Origin: the human T2T-CHM13v2.0 reference genome, Homo sapiens | Direction: 5' to 3' (one strand) | Length of the DNA: 64,000 nucleotides | Assembly (NCBI RefSeq): GCF_009914755.1 | Contig: NC_060933.1 | Shown here: positions 39,468 through 56,367 of the stretch, one piece after another | How positions within the stretch are numbered: the stretch's first letter is position 1 | Layout: each line of letters begins with the position of its first letter | Notes under the pieces: model-generated | Database searches by the model: none | Told to the model about the DNA's origin: nothing | What the model saw: the letters and a program-made list of their open reading frames with translations, nothing else | Program-made: the position numbers and the translations under genes

Positions 39468-40194
39468 AAAAAATTTTTAAGTAAATAAATCCTTATGCCC
39501 AGAACACAGAGTGGTTTTCTATTTTTCATATAGTTCCTATTGTACTTCATCTGTAAAAAAGTTATCTGGAAAGTTACTCTAAACTTGCAGTAATCGTTAT
39601 ACTTTGGAAGGTTTAGACAGGAATAGAAATGAGGGTAGTCCAAGGATACTTGTCTTTATAATGTTCTGATTTTTAATACAAATATATTACTATGTTATAT
39701 GTGCAATAAAAATTCATTTGAAAGGAAAAATAATACAATTATAACATCTGACATAGACCTAGTACTGGTATTTATTCAAGAAATTCTTGCTAGGAGGAGT
39801 AAAAGAATATTCACATAATTTCATACTGCTATTTTATAGACAAAAGAGATGACACTGCAAATATTGATGGCACAGCACCACTATGCAATGGTGTGGAATG
39901 TTAGGTGTCAGATTTTATGTATTGTTCAAACTTGGGCAATAGATATAAAGGAAGTTCAGTGGTAGAAGGGAAGTAAAGCATATGAATACATGGTCACACT
40001 ACTTTTGGAAGGCTGTGTGCATTGAGAACCATTAGTTGTAATCAACAGAATAAATTACAGTTGACTTAAATAAGAACTTTATTAAAATTGCTGAGAAGTT
40101 TAGAGGAACAGGTCTAGGAAATGGGCAGGCAGTAGGGAAAGTGATACCAGACAAGGTGATACGAGAGCTCCAATTTGGAAGACTGCTGCCACCA

Positions 40195-40300
40195 CCAAAA
40201 AAAGAGGCTAAATGACTTGACCAAGATCCTGCAGCTAGGAAATGGTAGAACTGGAATTTGAACCTGGACAATCTGATTCCAGACTCTTTTCCATGACTGT
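40195..40300 (-). mobile_element. MIR fragment
   Basis: gaggctaaatgacttgaccaagatc...ggaatttgaacctggacaatctgattccaga. Confidence 0.75.
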
Positions 40301-40765
40301 ATCCTACCTAAGACATGTGAAATCTGTGAAAACTATTGTGCCAAGAGTCATTGTGTAAATGACTGCTTCGTTAGCTCTTGCCAGCATTTTTATGACATTC
40401 CGTGTTTAATCTGAATGCTGTCTGATCTATTGGTTCTCTAATGTCTCGTCATCCATAGTACATGATGGAGACATAGACCAGAACAATGTTCTTTACCACA
40501 GCTTGTATAATCTAATAATACACTAATGGAAGGGAGAATACACATGAATACAACAGCATTCACTGGCAGTAAACATTGATGAGAAGTCTAGGGCACAAGA
40601 TGGGAATATAGGTATATTTGTCACAAAAAATAAAGGAGAAAAAAACTTGAATGACTTGATAATCCATTTAATGAGGTAATTAGATAAGTTAATGTTTTAA
40701 ATCAACCACACTCTAAAATTATCCTTTTCTAAGTAGTATTTTGTGCCAGTCATCTCTCCCCCTCC

Positions 40766-41035
40766 TTTTATTTATTTTTTGTGTGTGAGACAGGGTCTCA
40801 CTCTGTCACCCAGGCTTGAGTGCAATGGTGCGATCTCGGCTCACTGCAGCCTCAATCTCCCAGGCTCAAGCAACCTTCCACCTCAGCCTCCCAAGTGGCT
40901 AGGACTACAGGAACACACCACCATGCCTGGCTAATTTTTGTATTTTTTTAAATAAAGACTGGGTTTCACCATGTTACCCAGGCTGATCTCAATCTCCTGG
41001 GCTCAAGCAGTCCTCCCATCTCTGCCTCTCAAAGT
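40766..41035 (-). mobile_element. AluJ-like, 5'-truncated
   Basis: Reverse Alu ending at ctctcaaagt. Confidence 0.9.
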
Positions 41036-41948
41036 ATCTCCCTTTCTCTTCTTAGTAGCATTATTTTCAAGTAAAATACATGGTTCTTAAGGTCTATGGG
41101 GTATTTCAAATTCCTTGGTAACTCAGCTCTCTAGAAGCTGAATAGTACAAATTCTATTTCATCTTATTAAAGTAAAATTCCAGTGGTCTACCAGCTTTTT
41201 CTGTGACTAATAAAGCTTTCTGGCTGAGCATTAATGGCCTTTATAAAAAACAGAGACCAGGAACATGATGACCCAAACTAAACAGTGTGCACACACTTAT
41301 TAAGCAAGATGGAACCCAAAATATGTTTGACGGCAAAGACTAACCCCATTTGTTATATATACTCTAGCAATACATGAGCCTAAAACATCTTCTTGAACAA
41401 TTTTCAGTGAGAGTTGTAAGAGTCATAATAACTTTCACCAGCCAAATCTGTTGTTTAGGTATGCCAGATTAAATATTTATTAAGGTAGAAGTATTCACTC
41501 CCCTTGTATGTGTGTATACACACACACACACATATAATATATATATATATATATGAGACAGAGTGCCTGATGATGTATGGAGCACATACATCTAAGTAAT
41601 TTATACCCTTTCACATTTCTGAACAATAATGGGAAAAAGAGACTATTTTATACAGTTTTAGAACTGTCTAAAAATTTCCCTTAGTGTCAAAATTTTCTGA
41701 AAATTCATTATACCGTTGATAATTTAGACAGAGTAAAATTTCACAGAAACTGTGACAGCACCCAAAATGTTTGCAATTAAGTATAATTATCACAGTACAT
41801 TGTGTGTCTGTAAATTGTGGTAGGGAGATCACCCTTGATATTAGGTCAGGACTATTTGGTAATACTGAGGCAACACGACACAGAGAAAGAACAGAGCATT
41901 TGGAAAGAGACAGACCTGGACTGGAAAACATATGGTCAAAAATGCTCA

Positions 41949-42303
<355 letters not shown>

Positions 42304-42850
42304 CTACAGAGATAGAAATGCTTCCTTCCTTACTTCCTCAAGGATACTATTTCAAAATGAATGAAAAGTTTAAATGGCTATGAGCTGTTTCAAACCAAGA
42401 GTGCAGCATAGACATCAAATTACCAGTTCTTCTCTTTATTCTTGGCACAGAGATAAATATGATAATGTTTACCCAGGATACTGGGTGAATAATTAGCTTA
42501 AAAATATACAGGAAGTATTCAATGTAGGCAACCCGGCTTGGAAATTCTGAGTATTATTAATTTTTGAAGTTTTATATTATTTTAATCTTAGTGATTTAGC
42601 TACTTTTGTTAGAGCAGAAATTCATTTCATATATTATTATTTATGTCCTCCAAATTCCAAAAAGGATGTTAGGAGGCTTAAAATGATATTAAAAGACAGA
42701 TTAATCAAACCATTGTGAGGATGTGGTAGAATAAGTAATTATGTGAGAAAACTCCATTGAGAAAATACACTTCAACTAAATATAAGACTTAGGTATTTCC
42801 ACCAAGGAAAGAAAAATACAAGGTTTTGGCATAAAATGGCATCTGCTTGG

Positions 42851-43740
42851 TGCTTATCATTAATCATCAGAGAAATGCAAATCAAAACTACAGTGAGGTA
42901 TCATCTCTGCTCAGTTAAAATTACTTTTATCCACAAGACAGGCAACAACAAACGCTGGCAAGGTTGTGGAATAAAAAGAACCTTCATACACTGTTGGTGG
43001 GAACGTGAATTAGTACAACCACTAAGGAGGACAGTTTGGAGGTTCCTTAAAAAACTAAAAATAGAGCTACTGTATGATGAAGCAATCTCACTGCTAGTAT
43101 ATGGTCAAAAGAAAAGAAATCAGTATATCAAAGAGATATCTGCGCTCCCATGTTTATTGCAGCACTATTTGCAGTAGCCAAGATTTGGAAGCAACCTAGA
43201 CGTCCATCAACAGATGAATGGATAAAGAAAATGTGGTACCTGTACACAATGGAGTACTATTCAACCACAAAAAGCATGAGATTTTGTCATTTACAATAAT
43301 ATGGATGTAACTGTAAGTCATTTTGTTAAGTGAAATAAGCCAGGCACAGAAAGACAAACTTCACATGTTCTCACTTATTTGTGGGAGCTAAAAATTAAAA
43401 CAAATTAACTCATGGAGATAGAAAGTAGAATGATGGTTACCAGAGGCTGGGAAGGGTAGTGGGAAGTTGGGGGAAAGTGGGGATGGTTAGTGGGTACAAA
43501 AAAATAGAATCAATAAGACCTAGTATTTAATAGCACAACAGGGTGACTATAGTCAATAGTTGTACATTTTAAAATAACTGAAAGAGTATAATTGGACTGT
43601 AACACAAAGAATAAATGCTTGAAGCAATGGATACCCTATTTACCCTGATGTGATTATTACACATTGTACGCCTGTGTCAAAATATCCCTTATACCCCATA
43701 TATATACCTACTATGTGCCCATAAAAATTAAATAATGTAA
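42851..43740 (+). mobile_element. 5'-truncated L1MA (L1MA2/3-like) 3' end
   Basis: ORF2 C-terminal peptide ([15 protein letters not shown]...HCWW) and 3'UTR; flanking atctgctt repeats at 42841 and 43783. Confidence 0.9.
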
Positions 43741-44501
43741 TTAAAATTTTTTAAAAACATAGTTTAACATTTTTAAATAAGTATCTGCTTAGCAACTTCT
43801 ACAACAACCTTTCCTGAAAACATACTAACATACTGATGAAGATTTGGAAAACTATGAAACCATTAATAATATTAATAGATACTATAATGGAAATATATGG
43901 AAGGCAATTAATTTCCATTGACTAAAATGCCAATGGAGTTTGATTGAGAAAAAATAATTCAGGCATTCTCAAGCTTCATCATATGAAACAAAGAGCAATG
44001 CTGAGTTGAAAGACAACAGGAGATACACTTCATCCTTCACTCTCTCACTCTGGCTCCATAGGAGAGACAGATACCAAAGGCAGAAATAGGAGGAGCCTTG
44101 ATAAGAACATACAATGCAGGCTGTGATGTTGCACATGCTCTTCAGAGAACAGAGCTAAGAGAAAAAACATACCTCATTCCAGCAGAATGTGCTCATTAAA
44201 TGTGTAGAGTACAGTGAAATATTGGCTAAGTGGCACCCAGTGAGACAATGCAAAGACTCAAGGATAATCCACTCATCTTGACTGATGATAAACACCAGGT
44301 CTAAATAGCTCTTTCCATTTTTGTAAAAGAAGAAGAAAAAATATTTTTGCTTCAACTTTTTAATTTTGTTTAAATTTAATTTTTTAATTTAAAAGTTAAA
44401 AATGTTTTTAAACAGAAGAAAAACAATATTAAGTGGGTTCTATGGAAACATAATGCATCACAAGGAAAAGATAATACACCCTGATGACTAGAAGCGACTT
44501 A

Positions 44502-44821
<320 letters not shown>

Positions 44822-44849
44822 TGGTGGAAAGCAAAGGAAATTTTTAGAA

Positions 44850-46150
44850 AACTTGGCATCCTTAATAGGATGCCAGAAGACAGAGCAAATACAAAGAGAA
44901 AGAATAGAAACAACTTAGTTCAACAAAATTTGATGCAAAGACAATACTTAGAGATGAATAGGAGGCCAGGTGAGGTATAGAAGAACAAAAAGGAAACTAG
45001 CATTGAAAGATAATTAAAATCTACAATGGAGTCAGTTAAGAAAGGAAAGTATATGGCAAAGAAACAAATGTAGAAAATAACCTGAAGAGCCATCCTAAAA
45101 TGTAGCTGTAAAGGACACAGACTGGAAAACTATATGATTTTATAAATATAGAGAAATTAGATAAAAATCCAGTCAAAACATTAGGGAAAGGCCAACTAAA
45201 TCAGAATAATTTAGAAGTTACAACTTTTCTGAGCTAAAATATATAAAGATTAGATTATGCATATCAAAGGTGATTAGCATATTCTAGGTAAAATTATCAA
45301 AAAGAGAGCCATGCCAAAATTTCTGAATTACAAAGATCAAGAAAATATCGTATAAGTCTTCAGAGTTAGAGGGATGTTACCCACTGTACTAGGGTTTTCA
45401 AGAGAAACAGAACCAATAGGAGGGATACATATGATATAGATACATATATAATTAATTATGGGAATCAATTCATGTAATTATGGAAGCCAAAAGTCCTACA
45501 ATCTGCTGCCTGCAAGCTGGAGAACCAGGGAAGCCAGTGGTGTAATTCATTCTGAATCCAAAGGCCTGAGAACTAGGAGAACCAATGGAAAAGAGTCTGA
45601 AGGCCTGAGGGGGTTGGGAGGGAAGAGGAAAAAAAAGGAAGGGTAGAGTAAGGAAGGGGAGTGGATGCTGGTGGTATAAGTCTCAGAGTCTGAAGAACCA
45701 AGCAGCAGCTCTGATGTCCCAGCCTTTTTATCTTATTCCAGACCTCAACAGTTTGGATGATACCCCTCAAGGCTGAGAAGGATAGATCTTTACTTAGTCT
45801 ATCAATTCAATTCAGTCTCTTCCAGAAGCATCCTCACAGATACCCAGAAAAAAATATTTTCCCAGCTATCTGGGTATCCCTTAGCCCAGTAAAGTTGACA
45901 TATAAAATTAACTACCACACCAACAAAGAAATACCCTGTACCCCCATAAAAAGACATTGTGTGACCTCAAAACCCTCTCCAATAAAAAATGCAAAAAACT
46001 AATAGAGAAAAGTCTATAGGATTTCCTAGGGGAAAAGCTGTGACATGAGATTATCTCTAAATGAATAGTTATTCCTGTGTGAAAGAAAAAAATAATCATT
46101 CCAGACATACAAAAATTCAGAAAATACAGAATCCAAGTGTCTTTTTTATC
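44850..46150 (+). mobile_element. Very old L1 ORF1 / HAL1-like remnant interrupted by MLT2
   Basis: A-rich ORF1-like motifs (aaaatttctgaattacaaagatcaagaaaatatc; cagacatacaaaaattcagaaaatac). Confidence 0.45.
45385..45919 (-). mobile_element. MLT2 (ERVL) solo LTR
   Basis: TG...CA ends; agagaaacagaaccaatagg and cccagtaaagttgacatataaaattaactaccaca; 5-bp TSD-like cccac / ccaac. Confidence 0.88.
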
Positions 46151-47315
46151 TTAGAGTAATTTTTTCCTTTTTTAATTATAAAATGTATAACAAATTATTA
46201 AAAGAATATTCAAATAATAGAAAAAAGTTACAATCACCCATATATCTCTGGGTTATCTATCCAAAGATAACTTTCCAGTTTCATTTAACAATCTGCCACA
46301 AAGTTGTTGTCTTCTATGCCATTGAAAATTCTCCTACAGTGTAATTGGTAAGGTAGGAATTAGATACTGGTTTATTTTAATATGGAAAATAATAAACTGT
46401 GAATGTTCCACCATTTATTTAACCATTCTCTGTGACCAATTGTCAGTTGGGCTCACCCTTAGATCAGCACTGGGGAAGTCCAGTGCTTCCTCCCAAGATC
46501 TTGCATATTCCTAAGGGATTTAAATTCTTATGGTTATTTCTGACTTTGGGCTCTTGCTTTCCACTGAGTTTATTTTGAATACAATTGTTTTGGCCTGCTG
46601 TATCTGATCCTACCACTCTCTGCTTAAAAGCTTTTAATAAAATAATTTTCCATTGCCCTTGTAATTAAGTATAAACTGCTCAGCTCGACTTACAAGTCTT
46701 GCCTATGTGTCTAGCCTCATCTCCAGGCATTGCCCCCATCTCACCTGCTCTCCTCTTTTCCCCTGTACTCCAATAATATGAACAACTTTTCAAATGAGTC
46801 AAACTCTATCTTAACCTCCAGACTTTTGGCAAGTTGTTAAAGTACATATATACTAATATATTTCTAGGCACTTTGCTAAAAACCTAACAGGTCTGGTCCA
46901 GAACAAACAGATCAGTGAAACAGAATATGCAGCCAGAAAACAGATTCTAGTACATATGGGAATGTAATGTGTTATACAGAGGTGTCACATGACACTGAAA
47001 ATGTGGTAAACATTCTAACAAATGTTGAGATCACTAGCTTCCACTGGGGCAAAAAAATTTTAAGACTGATAAAGTTTGATCCTTACCTAATAATAGTATG
47101 CATGAAAATTAACAAGTTGTAGTTTAAAAGTGGAGGTGCGACCATTACAAATTGGAATTACTTACTAGTAATCAGTTATTTAATTGATTTTGAGGTATAA
47201 AAGGAATTTCTAAGCATAGAAATGATGAAAAAATCCTCAAAGGAAATTTAGAAACTTTGATACATTAAGGAAAAACTACAAATAAATGGCGTAATATATT
47301 TTCAATTGTAATGAA

Positions 47316-47593
47316 TTTTTTTTTTTTTTTTTTTGAGGCAGGGTCTCACTCTGTTATGCAGGCTGGAGTGCAGTGGTACAATCACAGCTCACTGCAGCCT
47401 GCACCTTCCTGGGCTCAGGTGATCCTCTGGGCTCAGGTGATCCTCCTACCTCAGGCTCCTGAGTAGCTTGGACTGCTCACCATGCCCAGCTAATTTTTTA
47501 ATTTTTTGTAGAGACGGGGGCTTTACCACATTGTCCAAGCTGGTCTTGAACTCCTGGGCTCAAGCAATCCCCCTGCTTTAGCCTCGCAAAGTA
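47316..47593 (-). mobile_element. AluJ-like, 5'-truncated, with internal 18-bp tandem duplication
   Basis: tgggctcaggtgatcctc x2; TSD ttgtaatgaatt. Confidence 0.92.
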
Positions 47594-47865
47594 CAGTTGT
47601 AATGAATTCTTTCTATTTTGGGGAGTTCCAAACTCACTCAGAAAAAAGGTCTAACTCCATATATCCTCCAGCTCTCTGGCCTTATCTCCTGCTACCCTTA
47701 CAACACCCCCTACCCCAACTTACTTGACTCATGGTCACATGGACTCCTTTTCTCTTTTCAACCCATCCTACATGCTCCCACCTCAAGCAAGGCCTTTGCC
47801 CTTGCTGCCCTTTCCTTGGGGTTTTCTTTTTCCCCAGTTACTTGCACACCTTACTTCCACATTTC

Positions 47866-48685
47866 TGTATTCGTTTCCTATTGCTGCTGTAATAAATTAC
47901 CAAGAGTGTAGTAGCTTAAAACAACATCAATTTATGATCTTGCAGTTCCAGACGCCAGAAGCCCTAAAATCAAGGTGAGAGCAGCGTTGTGTTCTTCCTG
48001 GAGGCTGTAGGGGAGAATCTGTTTCCACGCCTTTTTCAGCTTCTGGAGGCTATCTGCATTCTTTGGTTCATGGTCCCTTCCTCCATTGTCAAATCACCAG
48101 CATAGCATCTTCAAATCTCTCTGACTCTGCTTCCGATGTCACGTCTCCTTTTGTGACTCTGACCCTTCTGCCTCACTTTTATAAGGAGCCTTGTGAATAC
48201 ATTGGGACTATCTTCTTGGGACAATCCAGGATAATCTTCCCATCTCAAAACCATTAACCTGGCTAAGCATGGTAGCTCACACCTGTAATCCCAGCACTTT
48301 CGGAGGCTGAGGTGGGTGAATTACCTGAGGTCAGGGGTTCAAGACTAGCCTGACCAACATGGTGAAACCCTGTCTCCACTAAAAATACAAACAAAATTAG
48401 CTGGGCATGGTTGCAGGCACCTGTAATCCCAGCTACTCAAGAGGCTGAGGCAGGAGAATTGCTTGAACCCAGGAGGCAGAGGTTGCAGTGAGCCGAGATC
48501 GTGCCACTGCACTCCAGCCAGGGTCAGAACGTGACTCCGTCTTGAAACAAAACAAACAAACAAAAAACAAAACCATTCACTTAATTGCATCTGCAAAGTC
48601 CCTTTTGCACATAAGGTAACATATGCACAGGTTTTAAAGATTAGGACATGCAAATTTTTAGAAGGGAGCATTATTCTCTCTACTA
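47866..48685 (-). mobile_element. MLT1C/D MaLR solo LTR (contains an Alu)
   Basis: tgtattcgtttcctattgctgctgtaataaattacca...catctgcaaagtcccttttgc...cattattctctctactaca. Confidence 0.88.
48260..48572 (+). mobile_element. Alu SINE (AluS) nested in MLT1
   Basis: Dimer with (AAAC)n tail; TSD aaaaccatt. Confidence 0.95.
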
Positions 48686-49759
48686 CAATTTCCTTCAGAT
48701 CTAACTCAAACATTATCAAAAATTGAGGACAGACCTATATAAAATTAGGAACAGCTTCTACTCCCATCCCCACCCCTATCTTTCTCACTTTATTCTTCTC
48801 CATATCCATTAATACTAGTTAATTCATGCAAACTACCTTAGGTCAGGGACTTTGTGTTGTTTACTCATATATTTATTTCCATAGCTAGAACAGTGGGAAG
48901 CATATGGTGCTCAATGAATGCCTGTTGAATAAGTGAATAAGAAAAAATAAAACGAGTTTTGTTTTGGGGGTTAGGGGAAGAAAAATATCAGAATAAGTTG
49001 TCTCATGCAGTAAGATAAATTAAAAACGAAGAAAGGAAGAAAGAAAGGATTGCCTCCCCTTAAATAGGTGTCAAACTGTGAACATGTTCTGTTATTGGTT
49101 CATGAAATTTTCCCTAAATCGTGCATTACATTTTCTTTAAATTTGGGGCAGAACAATATAAGTCACAGTAATGGAAGCAAGATGTGAAAAGTCTACACAT
49201 CTGTTAGGAAAAATCCTACTCCCCCCATGCCCCTGTTGCCTCTATGGTAATCCAAGGGAAGGTAAGTCTAAGTAAAATAAAAAAGGGAGAAGGGAAAAGG
49301 AACTTTGAGCCCATGTGGCCAGTTCACAACAAAAGTCTGTTACGCCATGGTTTGTAGCCTGTTATTCAGCAGGAAAAAATCTTGGAAAAACAAGCATCTT
49401 GTTCTGGGAATGTCAGGGAGAAGGAAAACAATTCAAAATCCAATCAGTGTCTTTGAGCGAAACACAGATTCTTTTATTCTGCTAGTTTGGACAACAGTTC
49501 CTCATGCAGATTTTACAGAGCTAGAGGTTGTCGGAATCATGAGAAAGTCTAGGAAAAGCCTGAATCACACAAGCTTATAAGATTTGGGGCCGCTGCAGGA
49601 TTGTGGAGCTTCACCAAGGGAGAGGATGGGAGGGCGGAGTGATATATGAAATGGAAAACTGCATTCTGGCAAAGGATGTGCCTGCTCTGAAATTCTCATA
49701 GCAGGATGACACTTGAAACATTTGTTTCTACTTTTCCTTAAAGTGCATGAGGCCACACA

Positions 49760-50206
49760 ATTGTTCCAGTCACTCTTACTGTATAAAAATCATTCCACAA
49801 CTTAGAGGTATAAACTACAATTCATCTATTTTGTTCCCAGTTTTGAGGGTCAGGAACTGGGTGAGGCAGTGCTGAGCAGCTCTCATTCGCAGTCTCTCAT
49901 GCAGTTACATTCAGATGTCCACTGAGGCTGCAGTAATCTAAAGGCTTGCCAGGCTAGATGTCCAAGGTGGAGCAAATCATATAGCCAGTCATTGCTGCTA
50001 ACCATTAGCCAAGCACTCAACTGCCTACATGCACCCTCTCCAGCATGGTGCTTTGAGAGAAGTCAGACTTTGAACATGGTGGCTGGCTTCTCCCAGTGAG
50101 AATTTCAAGAGATAAACTCAGAAGCCACATGGCCTTGACTGACCCTGGAAGTGAAACAACATCATTTCTGCTGCATTCTGTTCATTACAAGCACATCACT
50201 AAGGTA
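49760..50206 (-). mobile_element. MLT1 (F/G/H-like) LTR, first part; continues at 60036-60135
   Basis: gggtcaggaactggg...ctctcatgcagtt...catcatttctgctgcattctgttcattacaagc; continuation agcccagattcaaagggaaggg...ctctcaatgggagga. Confidence 0.75.
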
Positions 50207-52273
50207 GAGCGATCCAAGACTATAAGCAGCTGTGGTCCGCAGCATTCACAGAGAGGAATGAAAAGGGGTGAGTGAATTCAGCACCTTCAACCAAAACTAT
50301 GTCCAGGTTCTTGCATTGGGACTAACTAGGCAAACAACCCCTGGAGAATGAAGAAAAGCCGGGGGGTGGGGAGGTGACAGCCCACCTGAGAATGGCATAG
50401 AGCCAAAGGAACCCCACTCCCAGCCAAGAGAAGTGATGAATGATTGTGTGACTCTTCCTGGAAAACTGCACTTCTCCCATGGATCTTTGCAACCCACAGA
50501 TGAGGAGATCCCCTCGTGAGCCCATGCCACCAGGACCTTGGGTCCAATACACAGAGCTGTGTGGAGTCTTGGCAGAGCAGCCACTCAGTCACACACAGAG
50601 ACCCAGGAGTTTTATATACTCTGGTCCCAGGATCCCCAGAAAGGTGGGAAATCCATCTGTACGTATCCCTAGAAAGGGGGCTGAATCCAGGGAGCCAAGC
50701 AATGTCATTCTGCAGGCCCCACTTCCACAGCACCTCACAAGTTAAGACTGACTGGTTTGGAATTCCAGCCAGCCAATGGCAACAGGCTGGAATCTGCAGG
50801 ACACAGGTCTGAGTTTCTACCATGTCTGTGGTTCAGTAGACTCAGCCATTCCAGCTTGCTGGCTTTGGAGAATACAAAGGGTCTGGGCCAGAAAAGGTTC
50901 CCCACAACACAGCACAGGTGCCTTGCCAGATTGTGGCCAGACTGCTTCTTTAAGCAGGACCCCTTTCCATTTATCCTCACTGGGAGGACATCAGCATGGG
51001 GGCTTCTGCCACTCCAGCCAGGATTCTACAGATAGAGCTCTGGTCTCTCCCTGGGACAGAGCTCCCAGGGGGAGGGGCAACCACCATCTCTGTGGTTCAG
51101 TTGACTCAGCTGTTTCAGCCTGCTGGCTTTGGAGAATACAGACAGTGCAGACAAGGAAAGGTCCCCCACAATGCAGCACACCTGCTCTGCCAAATAGCAG
51201 CCAGACTGCTTCTTTAAGCAGTTCTCTGATCCCATTCCTCCTGACTGGGTGAGACCTCCCAACAAGGGTCTCCAGCCACCTCCTACAGGTCAGTACCCCC
51301 CTGGGTGGAGCTTCCAGAGGAAGGAGTTGGCTGCCATCTTCACTATTTCACAGGCTTCACTGGTGATACCTTCAGGTACAGGAAAAACCAAGGGAACTAG
51401 TGTCTGGACTGTACACCCAGCAAACCACAGCAGCCCTACAGTAGGGTGGCCTGACTGTTAGAAGAAGAACAAACCAACAGAAAACAACAACAACAACATT
51501 AAAAAAAAAAAAAAACCACCAAAACCCCATTCAAAGGTCAGCAGCCTCAAAGATCGAAGGTAGATAGGTCCACAAAGATAAGAATCAACGCAAAAATGCT
51601 GAAAACTCAAAGAGCCAGAGTTGCCTCTTCTCTGCCAAATGGCTACAACGCCTCTCCAGCAAAGGCATGGAACTGGGCTGAGGCTAACATGGCTGAATTG
51701 AGAGAAGTAGCCTTCAGAAGGTGGGTAATAACGAACTGTACTGAGCTAAAGGAGTATGTTGTAACCCAATACAAAGAAGCTAATAATCATCATGAAACAA
51801 TACAGGCACTGATAGCCAGAATAGCCAGTTTAGAGAGAAACATAACCAACCTGACGGAGCCAAAAAACACAACATGAGAACTTCACAATGAATCACCACT
51901 ATCAATAGCAGAATAGACCAAGCAGAGGAAAGAATCTCAGACCATGAAGACTATCTTTCTGAAATAAGGTAGGTAGACAAGAATAAAGAAAAAAGAGTCA
52001 AAAGAAATGAACAAAACCTCCAAGAATTATGGGACTATGTAAAGAGATTGAACATACAACTGACTGGGGTACCTGAAAGAGACATGGAGAACGGAACCAA
52101 GGTGGAAAACATACTTCAGGATATCACCCAGGAGAACTTCCCCAACCTAGCAAGACAGGCCAACATTCAAATTCAGGAAATCCAGAGAACCCCATAACAT
52201 ATTGCATGAGAAGATCAGCCCCAAGACACAGAGTCATCAGATTCTCCAAGGTTGAAATGAAGGAAGAAATGTT

Positions 52274-52535
52274 TTTTGGTTTTTTTTTTTTTGAGACAGA
52301 GTCTCACTCTGTTGCCCAGGCTGGAGTGCAGTGGTGTGATCTCTGCTCACTGCAAGCTCTGCCTCCTGGGTTCACGCCATTCTCTTGGCTCAGCCTCCTG
52401 AGTAGCTGGGACTACAGGCACCCACCACCACGCTCAGCTAATTTTTTGTATTTTTAGTAGAGACGGGGTTTCACCATGTTAGCCAGGATGGTCTCGATCT
52501 CCCGACCTCGTGATCCACCTGCCTCAGCCTCCCAA
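52274..52535 (-). mobile_element. AluY-like, 5'-truncated, in L1 ORF1
   Basis: Y diagnostics (gcaagctctgcc, ttcacgccattctc); TSD aggaagaaatgtt at 52261-52273 / 52536-52548. Confidence 0.95.
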
Positions 52536-53418
52536 AGGAAGAAATGTTAATGGCAGCCAGAGAGAAAGTCCAGGTTACCTACAAAGGGAAACCCATCAGA
52601 CTAACAGCAGACTTCTCAGTGAAAACCCTACAAGCTAGAAGAGATTGGGGGCCAATTATTCAACATTCTTAAAGAAAAGAACTTCCAACCCAGAATTTCA
52701 TGTCTGGCAAAACTAAGCTTCATAAGCAAAAAAGAAATAAGATCCTTTCCAGACAAGCAAATGCTTAGGGAATTTGTCACCACCAGGCATGCCTTGCAAG
52801 AGCTCCTGAAAGAAGCACTAAATATGGAAAGGAAAAACTATTACCAGCCACTACAAAAACACACTAAAGCACACAGACTAGTGGCACTATGAAGCAACCA
52901 CATAAACAAGTTCACAAAATAACCAGCTAACATCATGACAGGATCAAATTCATACATATCAATATTAACCTTAAATGTAAATGGGCTAAATGTCCCCAAT
53001 TAAAAGACACAAAATGGCAAGCTGGATAAAGAGCTAAGACCCATTGGTATGCTGTCTCCAAAAGACCCATCTCACGTGCAAAGACAAACACAGGCTCAAA
53101 ATAAAGGGATGAAGGAAAATTTACCATGCAAATGGAAAACAGAAAAAAGCAGGAGTTTCAATCCTAGTTTCTGACAAAATAAATTTTAAACCAACAAAGA
53201 TCGAGAAAGAAAAAGAAGGTCATTACATAACGGTAAAGGGTTCAATTCAACAAGAAGAGCTAACTCTCCTAAATATATATGTACCCAATACAGGATCACC
53301 CAGATTTATAAAGCAAGTTCTTAGAGACCTACAAAGATACTTAGACTCCCATACAATAATAGTGGGAGACTAACACCCCACTGACAATATTAGACAGATC
53401 ATCAAGACAGAAAATTAA

Positions 53419-56367
<2,949 letters not shown>

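Larger units (their letters stand above)
47610..48940 (+). mobile_element. L2 3' fragment split by an MLT1 LTR
   Basis: ggcctttgcccttgctg...; resumes after 48685 and ends gctcaatgaatgcctgttgaataagtgaata. Confidence 0.7.

Noticed and set aside
50297-51461. Many overlapping ORFs and a ~263-bp direct repeat (50820 / 51083)
   Set aside because: GC-richer L1PA 5'UTR; internal repeats are a normal feature of older L1PA 5'UTRs
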